NCBI GenBank assembly: GCA_004431415.1
Contig: QPMI01000637.1
Span: 62,001-126,000 of the forward strand
Length of the DNA stretch: 64,000 nucleotides
From: Cyanophora paradoxa CCMP329
Taxonomy: Eukaryota > Plantae > Glaucophyta
Direction of reading: 5' to 3'
Both the position numbers and the translations under genes were made by a program. Below, piece after piece: positions 11,451-23,803 of the stretch; the stretch's first letter is position 1, and each line of letters starts with the position of its first letter. The notes below the pieces were generated by a model, which saw nothing but the letters and a program-made list of their open reading frames with translations, made no database searches and was not told where the DNA came from.

Positions 11451-13529
11451 ATGGGTCTGCCGTTCGAAATCTTCATCGAGCAGGAGCATGTGCAGCGCTC
11501 GTACCAGTGCGGCGTCTGCCACGATGCGCTGGAAGATGCCGTGCGTTCGCTACCGGCACAGTTGACAGCCCGCATCTGATTGCGCTGCGCATGCGCAGGT
11601 GTCAGCCGGCTGCCCTGAGGATCACTCTTTCTGCCGGTCATGCATCGACAGCTGGGTTTCACACACACCTTCGAGGCCTTCCTGCCCCACGTGCGCCGAA
11701 CGCGAACGCGTATACGCAGGACAATCTTTGTCTAGCGCGAGTTTGGGGGTCGTCGACGGGCATCCGTGGCGTGTACGCGTCTCGGGCGTGTTCTGGAAGC
11801 CGGCGGCGCGAGTGCGGGGCGGGCTGCGTAGCACTCGCGGCGATGCGCTGCTTTAATTCTGACCATGCGCAGGTGCAAGAGCAGGATAGACCGAGACAGC
11901 ATCCGCCCCGCTCGATTTGTGGAACGCAACATCCGCAACGAGCAGACAAAGTGCGCATGCATGGGCGCGTCGCGAGCCTTCCAGGCGCAGGCAATACTCA
12001 TCTCGAGCGCAGATGTGACAACGCGTCCGAAGGATGCGAGTGGCGCGGCGCCCTGCTCGACCGGGCCGCTCATGTGAAGTCGTGCGGGTTGACTCCCATG
12101 CAATGCTGCGGGTGCAGAGAGAAGATGCGCCAGGACCAGCTGCAGGTGCGTCGAGCTCGGCACGCTCCGCACCCTCGCTCGTCCGCCGCTGCGGCAGCGC
12201 CCGAGCGGCCCGCTCCGCAGGAGCACGAGGCGGCGTGCGACAAAGTGCCGCGGCCCTGCGCGAACGCGGACATCGGGTGCCCCGACGAGGTCACCGACCC
12301 CGAGCGCGAGGAGCACCTCCGTGCGCCCCCGAGCGCGCTTGCCTCCCTCTGCCCCTGCCGCGCCCGCCGAGCGGCCGGCCGGCGCGCCGGCAGAGACGTG
12401 CCGGAAGAAGCTGAGGGGGCGGCTGGACGCGGCGGAGGCGGAGGCGAGGCGGGAGCGGGAGCGCGCGGAGGCGGAGCGGCGGCGGGCGGACGGGGAGCGG
12501 TACCGCGCGGAGGCGGCGGAGCGGCGGGCCGCCTTCGCCGAGTCCGACGCGCACCGCGCCCGCGAGGCGCTGAGGACCGAGGGCGGCGGCCCGCGCTCGA
12601 GCTCCGACCACTTCGTCTCCTTCACCGTCCGCCCCGCCCCGCCCTGCCGGCTCGGACTCGGCCGTCGGGGCGCGCGCCTGAAAGCGGCCGGTGGCGGCGG
12701 GGGCGGGGGCGCAGGTGACTGTGCCCAACTTCCTGCAGCTCAAGGAGCGCGAGGCCGAGCGCAGGGGCGAGTGGACCGCCACCCCCGAGCACGTCTCGCC
12801 CCCCTCCACCCCCTGGTCCGCCCTGCCCCCCTCCCCCGCTCTCTCCGATGCCCTGCCTCCCTTGACCCTCCGCCCGCCACCCCCTCCCTGCAGGAGGATC
12901 AGCGTGTACCCCGCTGGGGACAACAGGGCGGAGCGGTCGATGGACCACCTTGGCGTTTACATGCACAGCACGGACTCGAGCCGGCCCACCCGCGTGCGGC
13001 CGCGGGCGCCCTTCTCTCGAATGCGATCCGACCCGCAGTCGTTGACCCGCGTACCCCCAGGCACGCTTCGGGTACACGCTCATCAATGCTGACAGCGCAA
13101 AGAGCGTCGTCGTGCGGGTCGAGACCGCCAGGGAGGTCCGCGTACCCCTCACCGCATCCCCCCCTTCCCCTCTTCTGGACCGAGCTGGCAGCGCAGTTCG
13201 GGTCGTGCGGGCACGGCTCGTCGCAGTTCGTGCGGCTGGAGACGGTGTCGGACCCCGCGGAGGGCTTCCTCCACGACGGCGCCCTCCGCTTCTTTGCCTG
13301 GGTCTGGGTCGAGCCCGCCGACCCCGACCCCGACCCCGAGCCCCGCCCCGACTCCCCCTCCCGCCTCCGCCGCGCCTCCCGCCTGGCCGCACGCCTCCTC
13401 TCCGCCGGCGCCCTCTCCGGGGCGGCCCTCTGCGCGGGGCTCCTCCTGAGGGACGGCCGCGCGGGGACCCGCCTCGCCGGTGCCCTCCCCAGGCTCGGCG
13501 CCCTCGTCCTCCGCAAGCCCCAGCCGTAG
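11451..13529 (+). CDS. TRAF-like protein (RING, TRAF zinc fingers, coiled coil, MATH, hydrophobic tail)
   Basis: RING: CGVCHDALEDA..CPEDHSFCRSCIDSW..CPTC. Zn fingers: CDNASEGCEWRG..HVKSC and HEAACDKVPRPCANADIGC. An E/R/A-rich coil follows, then MATH-like WRISVYPAG..HLGVYM..GFLHDGALRFFAWV. Confidence 0.85.
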
Positions 13530-13842
13530 GGCCGCGCACGCGCCTTCGATTCGAACCATGAAGACCTGTGAATTGAAACCCTGTCTACCTGCACTTGACC
13601 TTTTCCTGCTCTGCCCTGCCTGATCTAGCTAACCTAGTTATCTAAAACGCTGCTCGAGCTGCTCCTCGACCCAGTCGACGTCCTCCTCGGCCGCTGTTGA
13701 TCAGGCCTAGGGGCGAGGCTGCTTCTCCCGCACCTCGCCCTTGATCGACAGCGCGGCGCCCCCGCGCGAATCGTAGTGCTCCCTGCGCGCGCGAGGCGAG
13801 GGCGAGTCGGCACTCGTTGACGCGCGGCGTGGCGCTTGAAAC

Positions 13843-14254
13843 TCACACGGCCATGCTCCAGTCGGACGAGCGAGGGTCCATGCCCACGTACTGCGCGTGG
13901 GCACATCGTCAGCGCAGCCGTCAGCGTGACCCGCTGCGGTACGCACTTTCTGAACTGTCCTCAGACAGCTAAGGGCTGCGCGACGCGGACGAGACCTTCA
14001 AAGGCACGCGCCCAACAAGGAGCGGGCGACGCACCGTAGGAGCGCTTCTCCATGATGGCCCGCTCGTCTGTCAGCTTCGCGTTCCGCCGGAAGTCTGCGG
14101 GGCGGCGGGGCGTGGGCTACGTTGCAGAAGAGATGCATGCGGCACGCGCCGCACCATCGCGGCACTCCTGAAGAAGCGTGTCGCGCTTGATCGACGGATA
14201 ACGCTTCAGCGCCCGCAAGAGTGTCCTGTACAGCTGCAAATTGTTCATCTCCAT
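13843..14254 (-). CDS. Small LYR-motif (Complex1_LYR) protein, ~79 aa, missed by the ORF track
   Basis: Four exons splice to MEMNNLQLYRTLLRALKRYPSIKRDTLLQECRDDFRRNAKLTDERAIMEKRSYALSCLRTVQKYVGMDPRSSDWSMAV*, with the LYR..LLR and R..FRRN motifs. Confidence 0.85.
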
Positions 14255-14464
14255 TGCCGCTGTCCAAGAAGCTCGCTCTCGCCTCGGCGGCCGCGCTGAG
14301 AGAGTTGCTTTGGGTTTACCGGGTACGACGCCCTGAAGTGGTTGATCAGCTCTGTCGGCTTATAGCGCGCGTTCTCGGCAACTCATCGATTCCACGGCTG
14401 CAGCGGCGCCTGAATCGTGCAGCATTCCGCCCCCCCGCCGCTTTCACACGACCGAGCTCCCGAA

Positions 14465-15527
14465 ATGTCGCAAGGCGGCGGAGCGCACGTGCGTGGTCCA
14501 TGTTTTCGAGTAGAAGAATAGATGAGTTACTGGCGAACGGCCTCGGGGAGCGCCGGCGGGCTCGTTACATGAGTTAGCGGCCGAACAGCCTCAGGAACGC
14601 GGCGGCGGGCTCGAGGCCGTGTTGCGTGCTTTGCTGATGCGGGCGTTCGCAGTGGACCTGCGTGTGTGGTCAGGCTCTGATCTGTCCACCCGGAGCGACG
14701 TCGTTTATGTGCCCGCGCTGCCAGGTCGGCTCGTCGGTCGCCGTCGTGTCGCCGCAAACTGAGCGTCAGCAGGCCATCACCCGCCCTCCTCAGAGCTTGT
14801 GGAGCCAGGCCCACTGCGGCGGCTGCCGCACGCTTCTGATGTTCCCCTCCGGTGCGCGGACCTATCCCCGGGCCTACCCGCCGTTTCTCTCTCAGTGCCC
14901 TGATGCCCTCGCAGGCGCTCCGGCCGTTACCTGCGCCCGATGCGGCGTGATAACGTGCCTGAGCCCCGCCGCCGCGCCCGCCGGCCCGCCCCTCACAGCG
15001 CCCGCAGACCGATCATTCAAGCCCCGGGTCCCACGAGCGCACAGCTGAACTGCGCGGGCTGCGGCACGCGGCTCATGTACCCCGCCGGCGCCTCGGCGGT
15101 ACAGTGCGCCCGCTGCTCCACGGTGACGAACGCGCCGCCGGCGCACCGGCAGGGCGCCACACCACCCCCACCCCAGCAGGCGCCACCGCAACAGCCGCCT
15201 GCGCCCGCCAAGCCCATCTTCGTCATCCAGAATCCCTCCGGCACCGAGGTCGCCCTGGGTACCGTCGTCGAGAACCCGTCCCCCTCCCCTGCCGCCGGCA
15301 GCTCCTCCTCCTCGTCCGCCGCCCGCGCCAGCAACCCGCCCCCCCGCCCCTCGCCGCCCGTCCCGAGCCTCCTCGACACCCCCGTGCCCTCCTCCGCGCC
15401 CGCCCTGCCGCCCCGCGCAGCCGGCTCCGCGTCCTCCCCGGCGCGGCCGGCGAACCAGGCCCCGGCAGGGAACCAGGCGCCCCGCCCCGGCGACTCGGTC
15501 TCCATAGAGGCCATCCAGCTCATATGA
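14465..15527 (+). CDS. LSD1/LOL1-type zinc-finger protein with three fingers and a Pro-rich tail
   Basis: CVCGQALICPPGATSFMCPRC; CGGCRTLLMFPSGAPAVTCARC; CAGCGTRLMYPAGASAVQCARCSTVT, matching the LSD1 consensus CxxCRxxLMYxxGAxxVxCxxC. Confidence 0.88.
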
Positions 15528-15550
15528 GCGCCCCGGCGCGCTCTGCTTGT

Positions 15551-16798
15551 TCAACGCCGCACTTGGGGCCGCGCGGCTCGGCCCTCCGCGCGTTTCCTCG
15601 CCACGACGGCGACGGTCGTCCCGAGGTGCCGCTTCTCCACGCTCACCACCTGCCGCCGCGCTGGGTGGGCGGGGGCGGGGTACGCGGAAGCCGGGAGGGG
15701 CGGCACCTCCAGGCCGGACTCGCGGACGAGGGTTTCGATGTCGCGGTTCCAGTAGCAGCCGTACTTCTTCACGTGCCTGTGGAGGCCCGGGTCCAGCACG
15801 TAGCCTGCGCGGAGCGCGCGGGGCTCAGCGGCTGCGCGCAGGCGGCTCGGGAGGGCCCGAGGGGGCGGGCGGCTGGAGCGCACGGTTGAAGAGGTCCCAG
15901 GAGGAGCGGCCGTGCTCGAGGAGGAGGACCTCGCCGCCGGCCCTGCAGACGCGCCGCAGCTCCTTGAGCACCTCCAGCGGGCTCTCGAAGCTGCACACCC
16001 CGAACGTGTCCACTGCGCCGAGGCGCGAGAGGCGTGAGCCACGCACAGGCGCCCGAGGCCGGGAGGAGGAGAAAGACGGTGGCCGCACCGACGGTGTCGA
16101 AGCTGTCGCTGGGGAAGGGCAGCCGCGAAGAGTCGGCGGGGACGAAGAGGGCGGAGCCCGGCGGCGGGGGCGCCGGCGGCTCCGGCGCGTCGCGCGGGGC
16201 CGTGCGCGGGTCGCCGGGTACGGGCCGCTGGGCCTCGGGGAGCGCGGCGTACTTGCCCCGCGCGACCTCGATCATCCCGTCAGAGAAGTCCGTCATCGTC
16301 AGCGACGCCACGCGCGGGCGCTTGTAGTGCTGCAGGTTCCGCCCCGTCCCCACGGCCACCTCCAGCACATCGCCCCGCGCGCGGCCCACCAACTCCTCCC
16401 GGCTCGCCCTAATCCTGCGCGCCGCGGCGCGTCACGTATCCTTCTCGGGCCGTCCGGGCGCGTGGGGCCCGTACCCGATAACGCGCTCATGCAGGTCGAT
16501 ATCGTCGTCAAAGTGCTGAAAGTTTACGAGGATGTCAGCCCGGCGGAGCTGACCAGCTAGGCGCGCTAGACGGTCACCTTGGCGATGCTGTCGAACGTGC
16601 CGCGCCGCTCCCGCTCGGACGGTAGCGGCCCCTCCGGCGCTTTCTGCGCCTGCATGTACACTGCGACGCCGTTTGTTTGACCGTGGCGGGACCGGCGCGT
16701 CCTGGGCGCGTGGGCGAAAGAGATGGCGAACCGTACACGGCCCCGACGCCGGCTGCATACGCGGTGAGGCCTCCGGCGACCAGCGCGGCCTTCTTCAT
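15551..16798 (-). CDS. Class I SAM-dependent methyltransferase (Methyltransf_11; OMS1/METTL7-like) with N-terminal hydrophobic anchor
   Basis: MKKAALVAGGLTAYAAGVG..; motif I VLEVAVGTGRNL; LPFPSDSFDTV.DTFGVCS; ELRRVCRAGGEVLLLEHGRS; KYGCYWNRDI. Confidence 0.88.
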
Positions 16799-16880
16799 CG
16801 CGGGAGCGCGAGCCTGCTTGCTGTCGGCTTGAAGTTCGGTGAACGTGACGGGTACAGTTCTCTGATTCTCGAGCGATCTG

Positions 16881-18356
16881 ATGTCGGCGGCCGCCTTCTC
16901 CGTCGTGCTCGCGGGGTGCGTCGGACGTGCTAGATTGCGATCGAAGCGAACAGCACACGTAGCGATCGCCGCGTGAGCAGCTTGCTGACAACTGCGCAGC
17001 CCTCGGGCCTCGCTCCAGTCTGCAGCGGCGGTGTGCGCTGCGTGCTCGTCGTCGTCTCAGATCTCGCAGCCGGTGCGTCTCCTCCCTCGCCTGGCCGATT
17101 GCGAGCCTCCGACGCCGCCGACCAACGAACGCACCGCAGGCGGCCTCCCGCTCCGCTCCGGCTCCGGCCCGCCAGTTCGCCGGCGTCAGCTTCGAGGCCA
17201 GCACCTCCGGCCTCCGCTTCGTGGCCGGCGCCCGCGTCGCCGTCCCGGATGTCCGCGTCGCGAAGGTCCTTTCGGCCGCCCGCCCGCGCAGGCCTCGAGC
17301 GCCGGCCTCACGCGCGCGCCCGCAGGCGCCGGTCGCCTTCACGGGCCCCGTCGCCGACCTCAAGGGCTGCGAGGAGAAGATGAAGAAGACCCTCGACAGG
17401 TGCGCGTGAGGCGCGCGCTGCCGTCACGCGCTCCGCCGGCGCCGCCGCCGACGCGCGGCGGCAGCGTGCAGGGCAACTTCAACTCGGTCCGCACGGGCCG
17501 CGCCAACGTGTCGCTCATGGACCGCATCGTGGTCGACTATTACGGCGCCCCGACGCCCCTCAAGAGCCTCGCCTCCGTCGCCACGCCCGACGCCTCGTGC
17601 GCCCCGCCGCGGCGCGCCCGCCGCGCTCGCAGCAAACGCGCACGCGCAGCACCATCGTCGTGAGCGTCTTCGACAAGGGCGCCGTCCAGTCCATCGAGAA
17701 GGCCCGTCCGCGCCCCGGCCCCGCCCGGCCCCGCCCGGGTTCGAGCCCGCGACCGACGCCCCCCCGCAGGCGATCCAGACCTCCGACCTCGGCCTGACCC
17801 CCAACACTGACGGCTCCACCATCCGCCTCAGCGTACCCCCGCTCACCACCGTGCGCTCGGGCGCCGCAAGCCCCCCTCGCCGCCGCGCACCTCACACCGT
17901 GCCCTCCAGGAGCGTCGCAAGGAGCTCGCCAAGACCGTCAAGAAGCTCGCGGAGGACGGCAAGGCGCGCCCCGCCCCCCTGGGGTGCGGGCGCTCCCGGG
18001 CCGGCGACTCACGCGCGCCCGCCGGCAGGTCGCGCTCCGCAACATCCGCCGCGACGGCATCGACGCCGTCCGCAAGAAGGAGAAGGTGCCGCGGTCCCGG
18101 GGGCCTGGGCTGCGGTGTGGGGGTGCGGCGAGCTGACGGCTCGCCTGCTGCGCCCCAGGCGGGGGACCTCTCGAAGGACCTGGCCAAGGACGAGGAGGAC
18201 AAGATCCAGAAGACCCTCGACAAGTTCATCAAGCAGGTGCCCCCCCGCACGCTGCCCGCCCGCTGCCCGCCCGCGCCCCTGCCGCTGACCCGCCCCGGCC
18301 CCTCGCAGCTCGACGAGATGACCGCCAAGAAGGAGAAGGAGATCGAGGGCAAGTGA
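16881..18356 (+). CDS. frr: Plastid ribosome recycling factor with transit peptide
   Basis: Transit peptide [19 protein letters not shown]..., then [63 protein letters not shown] and [10 protein letters not shown]. Confidence 0.95.
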
Positions 18357-18611
18357 GGGGCCCGCCCCGCGCCCCGGCTCTCCGCTGCGACCCCGCGCCG
18401 GTCCCCGCGGCCCTGCGTGTGCTGTGCTAGTCAGTGAACCGTGCTTTAGCTTTGACGCTCCGACCGCTGCGACCGGGGCCGGCCGTGGGGCGCGTGCCAG
18501 GAACCGGCATGCATGCGCACGCTTGCCCTATATATCTTCATTGGGCACGCGTGCGTGGCTCGCCTGCAGAATTAAGGGTGAATTCGAAATATGTATATAT
18601 TTCAATACTAG

Positions 18612-21569
18612 CTACAGCTCCGAACGGTCGGGTGCCGCGGGCGCCGCGGGCATCGGACTCGCCTCGGGCGCCGCCGGCGCCGCTGCCTCCGCGCCGGCGG
18701 GCCGCTCGGCCCCGCCCCCGCCCCGGCCGAGGGCGGCAGCCCCCGAGCCCGAGGGCGAGGCGGGGGCGGCGGCCTCGCGGCGCTCCCGCTCGAGGGTCTC
18801 CTCAACGTGCGCGATGCGCTTCTGCAGCTGCCCCGCGTCCGGCATCCGCACCTCGAACCTGCCGGGGCCTAGGCCTCAGCCTGACCCCTCCCCCTCCCCC
18901 CCGGGCCCCGGAGCGGGCGCACGAGGAGTGCTCGGCGACGAAGGCGAGGAGCTCGGCGGCGCTGCTGCGGTCCCCCTCGAAGCGCACACGCCGGCCCCCG
19001 TCCGCCCCCACGAAGTACAGCGTCGGGTACGACGAGACCTGCCCGGGGGTCGGGGGGCGGCGGGCGGTGGGGCCCCTCGCGGGACGCCGCCCCACCTTGA
19101 AGCCGGGGTAGTCGTTCGCGGTGGCGTCGATCTGGGCCTGCGGGAGGGGGTGGGAGGGGGCTCGGGAGCGGAGGGGTACGGGGCGCGGACGACGGTAACG
19201 GAGCGGAGGTCCTGGAGGGCGCGGGCGACCTCCCGCCACACCGGCCCGTACGCCTGGCACGCCCCTGCCCGCCCCGCCCCGGTCAGCGCAGGCCGGCGGG
19301 GGGAGGGCCGGGCGAGGGTGCGGGGGCGGGCCGCAGCGGGGGTCGTGGAAGAGGACGAAGAGGTCGCGCTGCGACTCTCGCACCTGCCCCGCCGCCCCGG
19401 CCCTCAGCGCGGCCGCGGGGAGCGGCGCGAGCGCGTTGCACCTCCTGCAACAGCGTCCGCCCCACCAGGATCTGAGGGGTTCGGCGGGGTTAGAGCGGGG
19501 GGCGGTGCGGGGGAGGGCGGGGCGGCTGGCCTGGACGGGGGCGGCGGCGCGGCGGTCGTCGTCGGTCGGGGCGGGCTGGGAGCGGACGTACGGCTCGGCG
19601 CGCCCCCGGAGGACCGCCGCCACGAACCCGTCCACGTCCTCCTCGCTCGCCGCGTCCCTGCCGCCCGCTTCGAGGCGCCGGAGCTGGGGGGGTACCGGGG
19701 CGGACCGCGCGGGGTCGAGGAGGAAGTGGAGGCCGCCGGGGGCCTCCACGCCGAAGCGCGCCCCGGGGGCCCCCGCCGCCTCCGAGCCGGCGTACATCTT
19801 GTCGAAGAGCGACCTGCGCGCGATCCGGCTGGGGCGAGAACGGGACCCGCCCGGCATCGAACCGGACCTCTCGGCGATCACGAAGTAGGCGAGGCCGCGG
19901 TACTTGAGGGCCACACGGCGCACCGCCCGGCTCGCCGCCCGGCTGCGCGCGCGGGGCGTGAGGCGGGGCGGGGGGTACAGGGAGGGTCGAGACGTGCCTC
20001 GCGGCTTCGCTGGAGGGATCCAGGAAGAGGTAACCCACCGGGCGGCCCCGCCCCACGTACTTGCGGGAGTTGCCCGAGTCGATGACGTCCTGCCCGGATT
20101 CGGAACTGGTGGGCCCGGAGAGGAGGCAGGGGGGGGGGTACTGCGCGCCAGCAGCCGGACGTCGTATGTCTGTACCCAGTGCTTGATTTCGGTGGCGTTC
20201 ATCTTCCCGGCGGGAATCGAGACGACCTGGGGAACGGGATTTGGGGGCAGAAGATGGGAAGGGGGCTACCACGTTCTCTTACCGGCTCGTCGAAGCGGCG
20301 CAGCATGGCGAGGTACGGTCCGCTGACGTTAAACCTGAAAGAGCGCAGGTCGGACAGGGTGAACGACGGAGAAGGGGGTACGCGCACCGCCTGGCGATCT
20401 CGGCGTCGTCGACGGACAGGAACTTGACCTGCGGGGGGTACACGTGCGATGTGAGGGGAGGCCCGGCGGGTCTGCGGAGGGGACTTCACCTCTGACTTCA
20501 TTTCGGCCGAAACGGAATCGAAGGCGGCACGCGCTGCGGCCAAGCTCGGGCGGGAAGCGGGAAGGGCGGGGAGGGGATTGCGGGGGGTACGGGCCCACCG
20601 CGGCCGCGAAGGAGGAAGCCGACGGCGATCGCGGGGTGTTCCCTTCCCCGCTCCTCGATGTCCTCAGCCCTGCGTACCCGTCGAAACATGGAATCCACGT
20701 ATCCCCCCTGACGGCCCCCGCCGGACCTGAAGACCTCCTCCACGTCGGGGGAGAGAAGGCTGTGCAGCAGGGGTAAGGGCTTGCGCAAGGTGGAGGGGAG
20801 AAAGTGAGAGGGTACGTGGCGCACGCGTCGACGTAGCGGACAAGAGCCTCAGTGCTCAAGTCGCCCTCGTACTTCTGCACCGTCCGGCCGCCGTCCCTGC
20901 GCCCCGCCCAAGCCGCAGCGAGCGCTCTCTCTGAGCCGCGCACCGCGTCGCGCAGCGCCCGAAGGACGCACGAGATGGCGAAAATGGTTGGGAAGGCTGC
21001 AACGGGGGGCGGTCAGGCGAGAGGCCGCGCACGGCCCCATGAACTGCGCGCGCACATCGGATCTCGAAGCGCGTCGCCAAAGCGTCGTTCTTCGTCCCGT
21101 CGACCTTCAGCACGGCGGCGCGCTCTACGCGGCCTCTGCGTTGACCGGAAAGGGACGCAGCGTGGCAAATTGATCGCACCGCGGAGTAGCCGGGCGGCCT
21201 CAGCGTACTCAGGGGCGAACTTCTTGCAGTGCTTGCACCAGGGCTGCGCAAACGGCGCATGGGGCGCGGTCGCGGCCCAGGCGGGACCCCGCGAACCGCG
21301 TAGAACTCGACCTGCGGACGCGTCAGCCGGCTCGCGCGACCCGAACGACTAAGCACCCACCAGCGCAACCCGCTGCTGGATGCTCCCGACGTACTCGTCG
21401 AAGCCCTCGTCTGCAAGGACTGCGAGCGCGTCGGAGGGCGGAGACCGCGGCGCTAGGCGCTCGACGCACCGACCACGCCATCTTCCACCTTGTTAGGGGC
21501 CGCCAGCGCCGCCGTCGCGACGACCAGCAGGATCGCCGCAGCGAGGGCCGGCGCGCGCCGGCGCAGCAT
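18612..21569 (-). CDS. Protein disulfide-isomerase family protein (a-b-b'-a'-like), ER-retained
   Basis: Signal peptide [45 protein letters not shown]; second Trx domain FHDPRCGACQAYGPVW..IDATANDY..VSSYPTLYF; C-terminus RSEL*. Confidence 0.88.
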
Positions 21570-21649
21570 GCGGTGCGGCTGAGAGCTGAGATCCGTGCAG
21601 TGCAGACGTGCACCTTGGCCCAGCCGCGTCCAACTAGCCGGCAACGAAA

Positions 21650-21701
21650 CCGCAACTTCCGCAACTTGGACCGCAACTTGGGTCCGCAACTTGGACCGCA
21701 A
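21650..21701. repeat. Short tandem array of ccgcaactt(gga), ~4.5 copies
   Basis: ccgcaactt-ccgcaacttgga-ccgcaacttgggt-ccgcaacttgga-ccgcaa, between the divergent PDI and 21841 genes. Confidence 0.8.
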
Positions 21702-21840
21702 GGTGCGTGGGGGTACATACAAGCGAGAAGGGTCTGAGTCGCGCGCAAGCTCGCATCCCAGCCTTCGCTGTCTTCGTGGGCTCTTCAGCGCCATCGCTTG
21801 CTTCTTAAAGCGAAACATCCAAGCTTAGTACAGGCCCGAG

Positions 21841-23157
21841 ATGGGCACAGCAACGTCGAAGAGCCCGACGGGCGAGAACAGTCCTTCGGGATCCCAAATC
21901 CAGGTCTTCGGCAACCTCCCGCCTATCGATAAGGTGCGCGCGCAAGCGGCGGGTTTGTCTAGTAAGCGTGCCACGTGATGGCTCGCCGATTCCCTCCTGG
22001 CCTAGACCCCCTGCGCCGCGCTTGCCCGCGCAATCGATCGGATAGATATCCGAGGAACATGTGCCATATGTTACGCGAGAGTGCCGCCCGCGGGCTGCGC
22101 TTCTTTTCCCCGCGCATGTTTGTGTGCGTGTTCTGATACCGTGCTGTGCAGGAGCCAGATCTTCAGGAGCAGCTCAGGAGAATGCAATTACACGCTAGCG
22201 GTACTCTGCATGCAGCAATCCACCAGGCCTTTCACGAGGACACCGACATCAACAATCAGTTGCAGCGGCTCACGATGCAGCTCTATCCGACCGTGTACTT
22301 TGAGACCCCAACTTCTCTGTATCAGCGCATCAAAGACGATGTGTCCGAGCTGAATAAGATTCGGGAAGCCCTCCGGCCCATCGCAACCTCGCTCGGGATG
22401 CCAGCCTACACCCCAACTACGCCCTCGACTGGTACTTCAGGTGTGATGACCCGCCGCGCATGTCTGTCAGACTTCAATCGCATCCCCGCGCGCATCCCGC
22501 ACTGCCCGCCTGACTCGAATCAACCTCCGCATGTGCAGCCGCGGTTCGCACCCTCGTCCTGCGTGCGGGGACTGCGGGGTCGGATCCCAACGTAAAGCTT
22601 CTGGAAGAGCTCAACTCGCAGTTGTATCCTAACGAATCTTTCCCTGACCGTGCGCAACCCGAGCCCTTGACTCCCGTCTGCTTCCGCCAACGATACGACC
22701 ATCGGTCGCCGCGCGCACTAGCGGAGCGGCGAGAATCTTAGCTCGCAAGCATCGTGGATCCTAACTTGCCTAGCGCTGTAGAAACGGAGGGACGTCGCCT
22801 TTCCTTTGACTTCGCTGAACATTTGATCGCAGGGTTTGCGCTGATGGCGCGGATTCGAGAGGATGTCGAGATGGCTCAGAAGCTCGAAGTAGCACTTCGT
22901 GCGGGCGCGAACGGTGCGCGAGCTCATGCTCGCGCATCTGCAGTTGCTTGCAAGCTCACGCACGCCGTGCGCGCTCTCGCAGGCGCGGTCGCCAGCGCCA
23001 GCAACGGGTCGGGTGCGCCGGTGCACGATCGTGTCGCGCTCTTCGCTCACGACGCGGCGCAGAGGCGATGGACCGGCTGCTCGCGCGCGTGAAGGACCTC
23101 GAGTCGTCCAACGGCGCCTTGCTGAAGGAGAACAACGACCTCAAGGGAGGCGGCTGA
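21841..23157 (+). CDS. Hypothetical helical/coiled-coil protein with predicted N-myristoylation
   Basis: Starts MGTATSKS (MGxxxSK) and ends in coil AMDRLLARVKDLESSNGALLKENNDLKGGG*. Splicing around 22650-22740 is unresolved. Confidence 0.55.
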
Positions 23158-23803
23158 TGCGCGCCCCGCCTGCACCTCCGCGTGAGGTTTAGTGGACGGT
23201 CTCGCCGTCCCCTTGCATTATTATGAAGATGTGTATGTATACCCGGGCGTAGCGGCGAGGGCACTGTCGCTTCTAGCGCTTTCTGTTCTTCGTTCGTGGC
23301 CATCCAGGTATCTAAGCAGCCAGCTGCAGTGTATTTTAGTGACCTGATGCTCCTCTTTTACCCGCTCCCGCCGCTGCCGCTGGCGGGACGCGTGGCTTAC
23401 CGAGGGTTATTTTAGGTACTTTCTCACGTGTAGTTCCCTTTAATTTCGCATGTAGGACTCAGTGGAATCAGCACAGAGACTCGTTTCTGATCAAAAGCCA
23501 GCTTATTGTAAGCTCACGTGTATTATCTCGAACCGGGGTTCGTTTCACTCCTAGATCTGCGCACTTTTTGCGACCTCGTAAGGCCCTCTCTAGATCTAAG
23601 TATAAACCTTCAGGCTTCTCGTTCTTTGCAGTACAGGCCGTGAAGCATCGAAATAGTATGATCACGAATGGCGACGTCGGCCCAGTACTAGTTGCCCAGC
23701 CCGCGGGCCCCCCAGATTAAGTTAACGGGCTTGCAAATTGGTGATTTAGAATTCCCGGGGCTCCCCGGGCCCGCAGCCGAGGCTCCGTGGCAAGTCTCCG
23801 GTC

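Noticed and set aside
22624-22690. GTATCCTAAC plus CCCTTGAC as a possible U12 intron
   Set aside because: The donor is imperfect, and no excision I tried restored an open frame.
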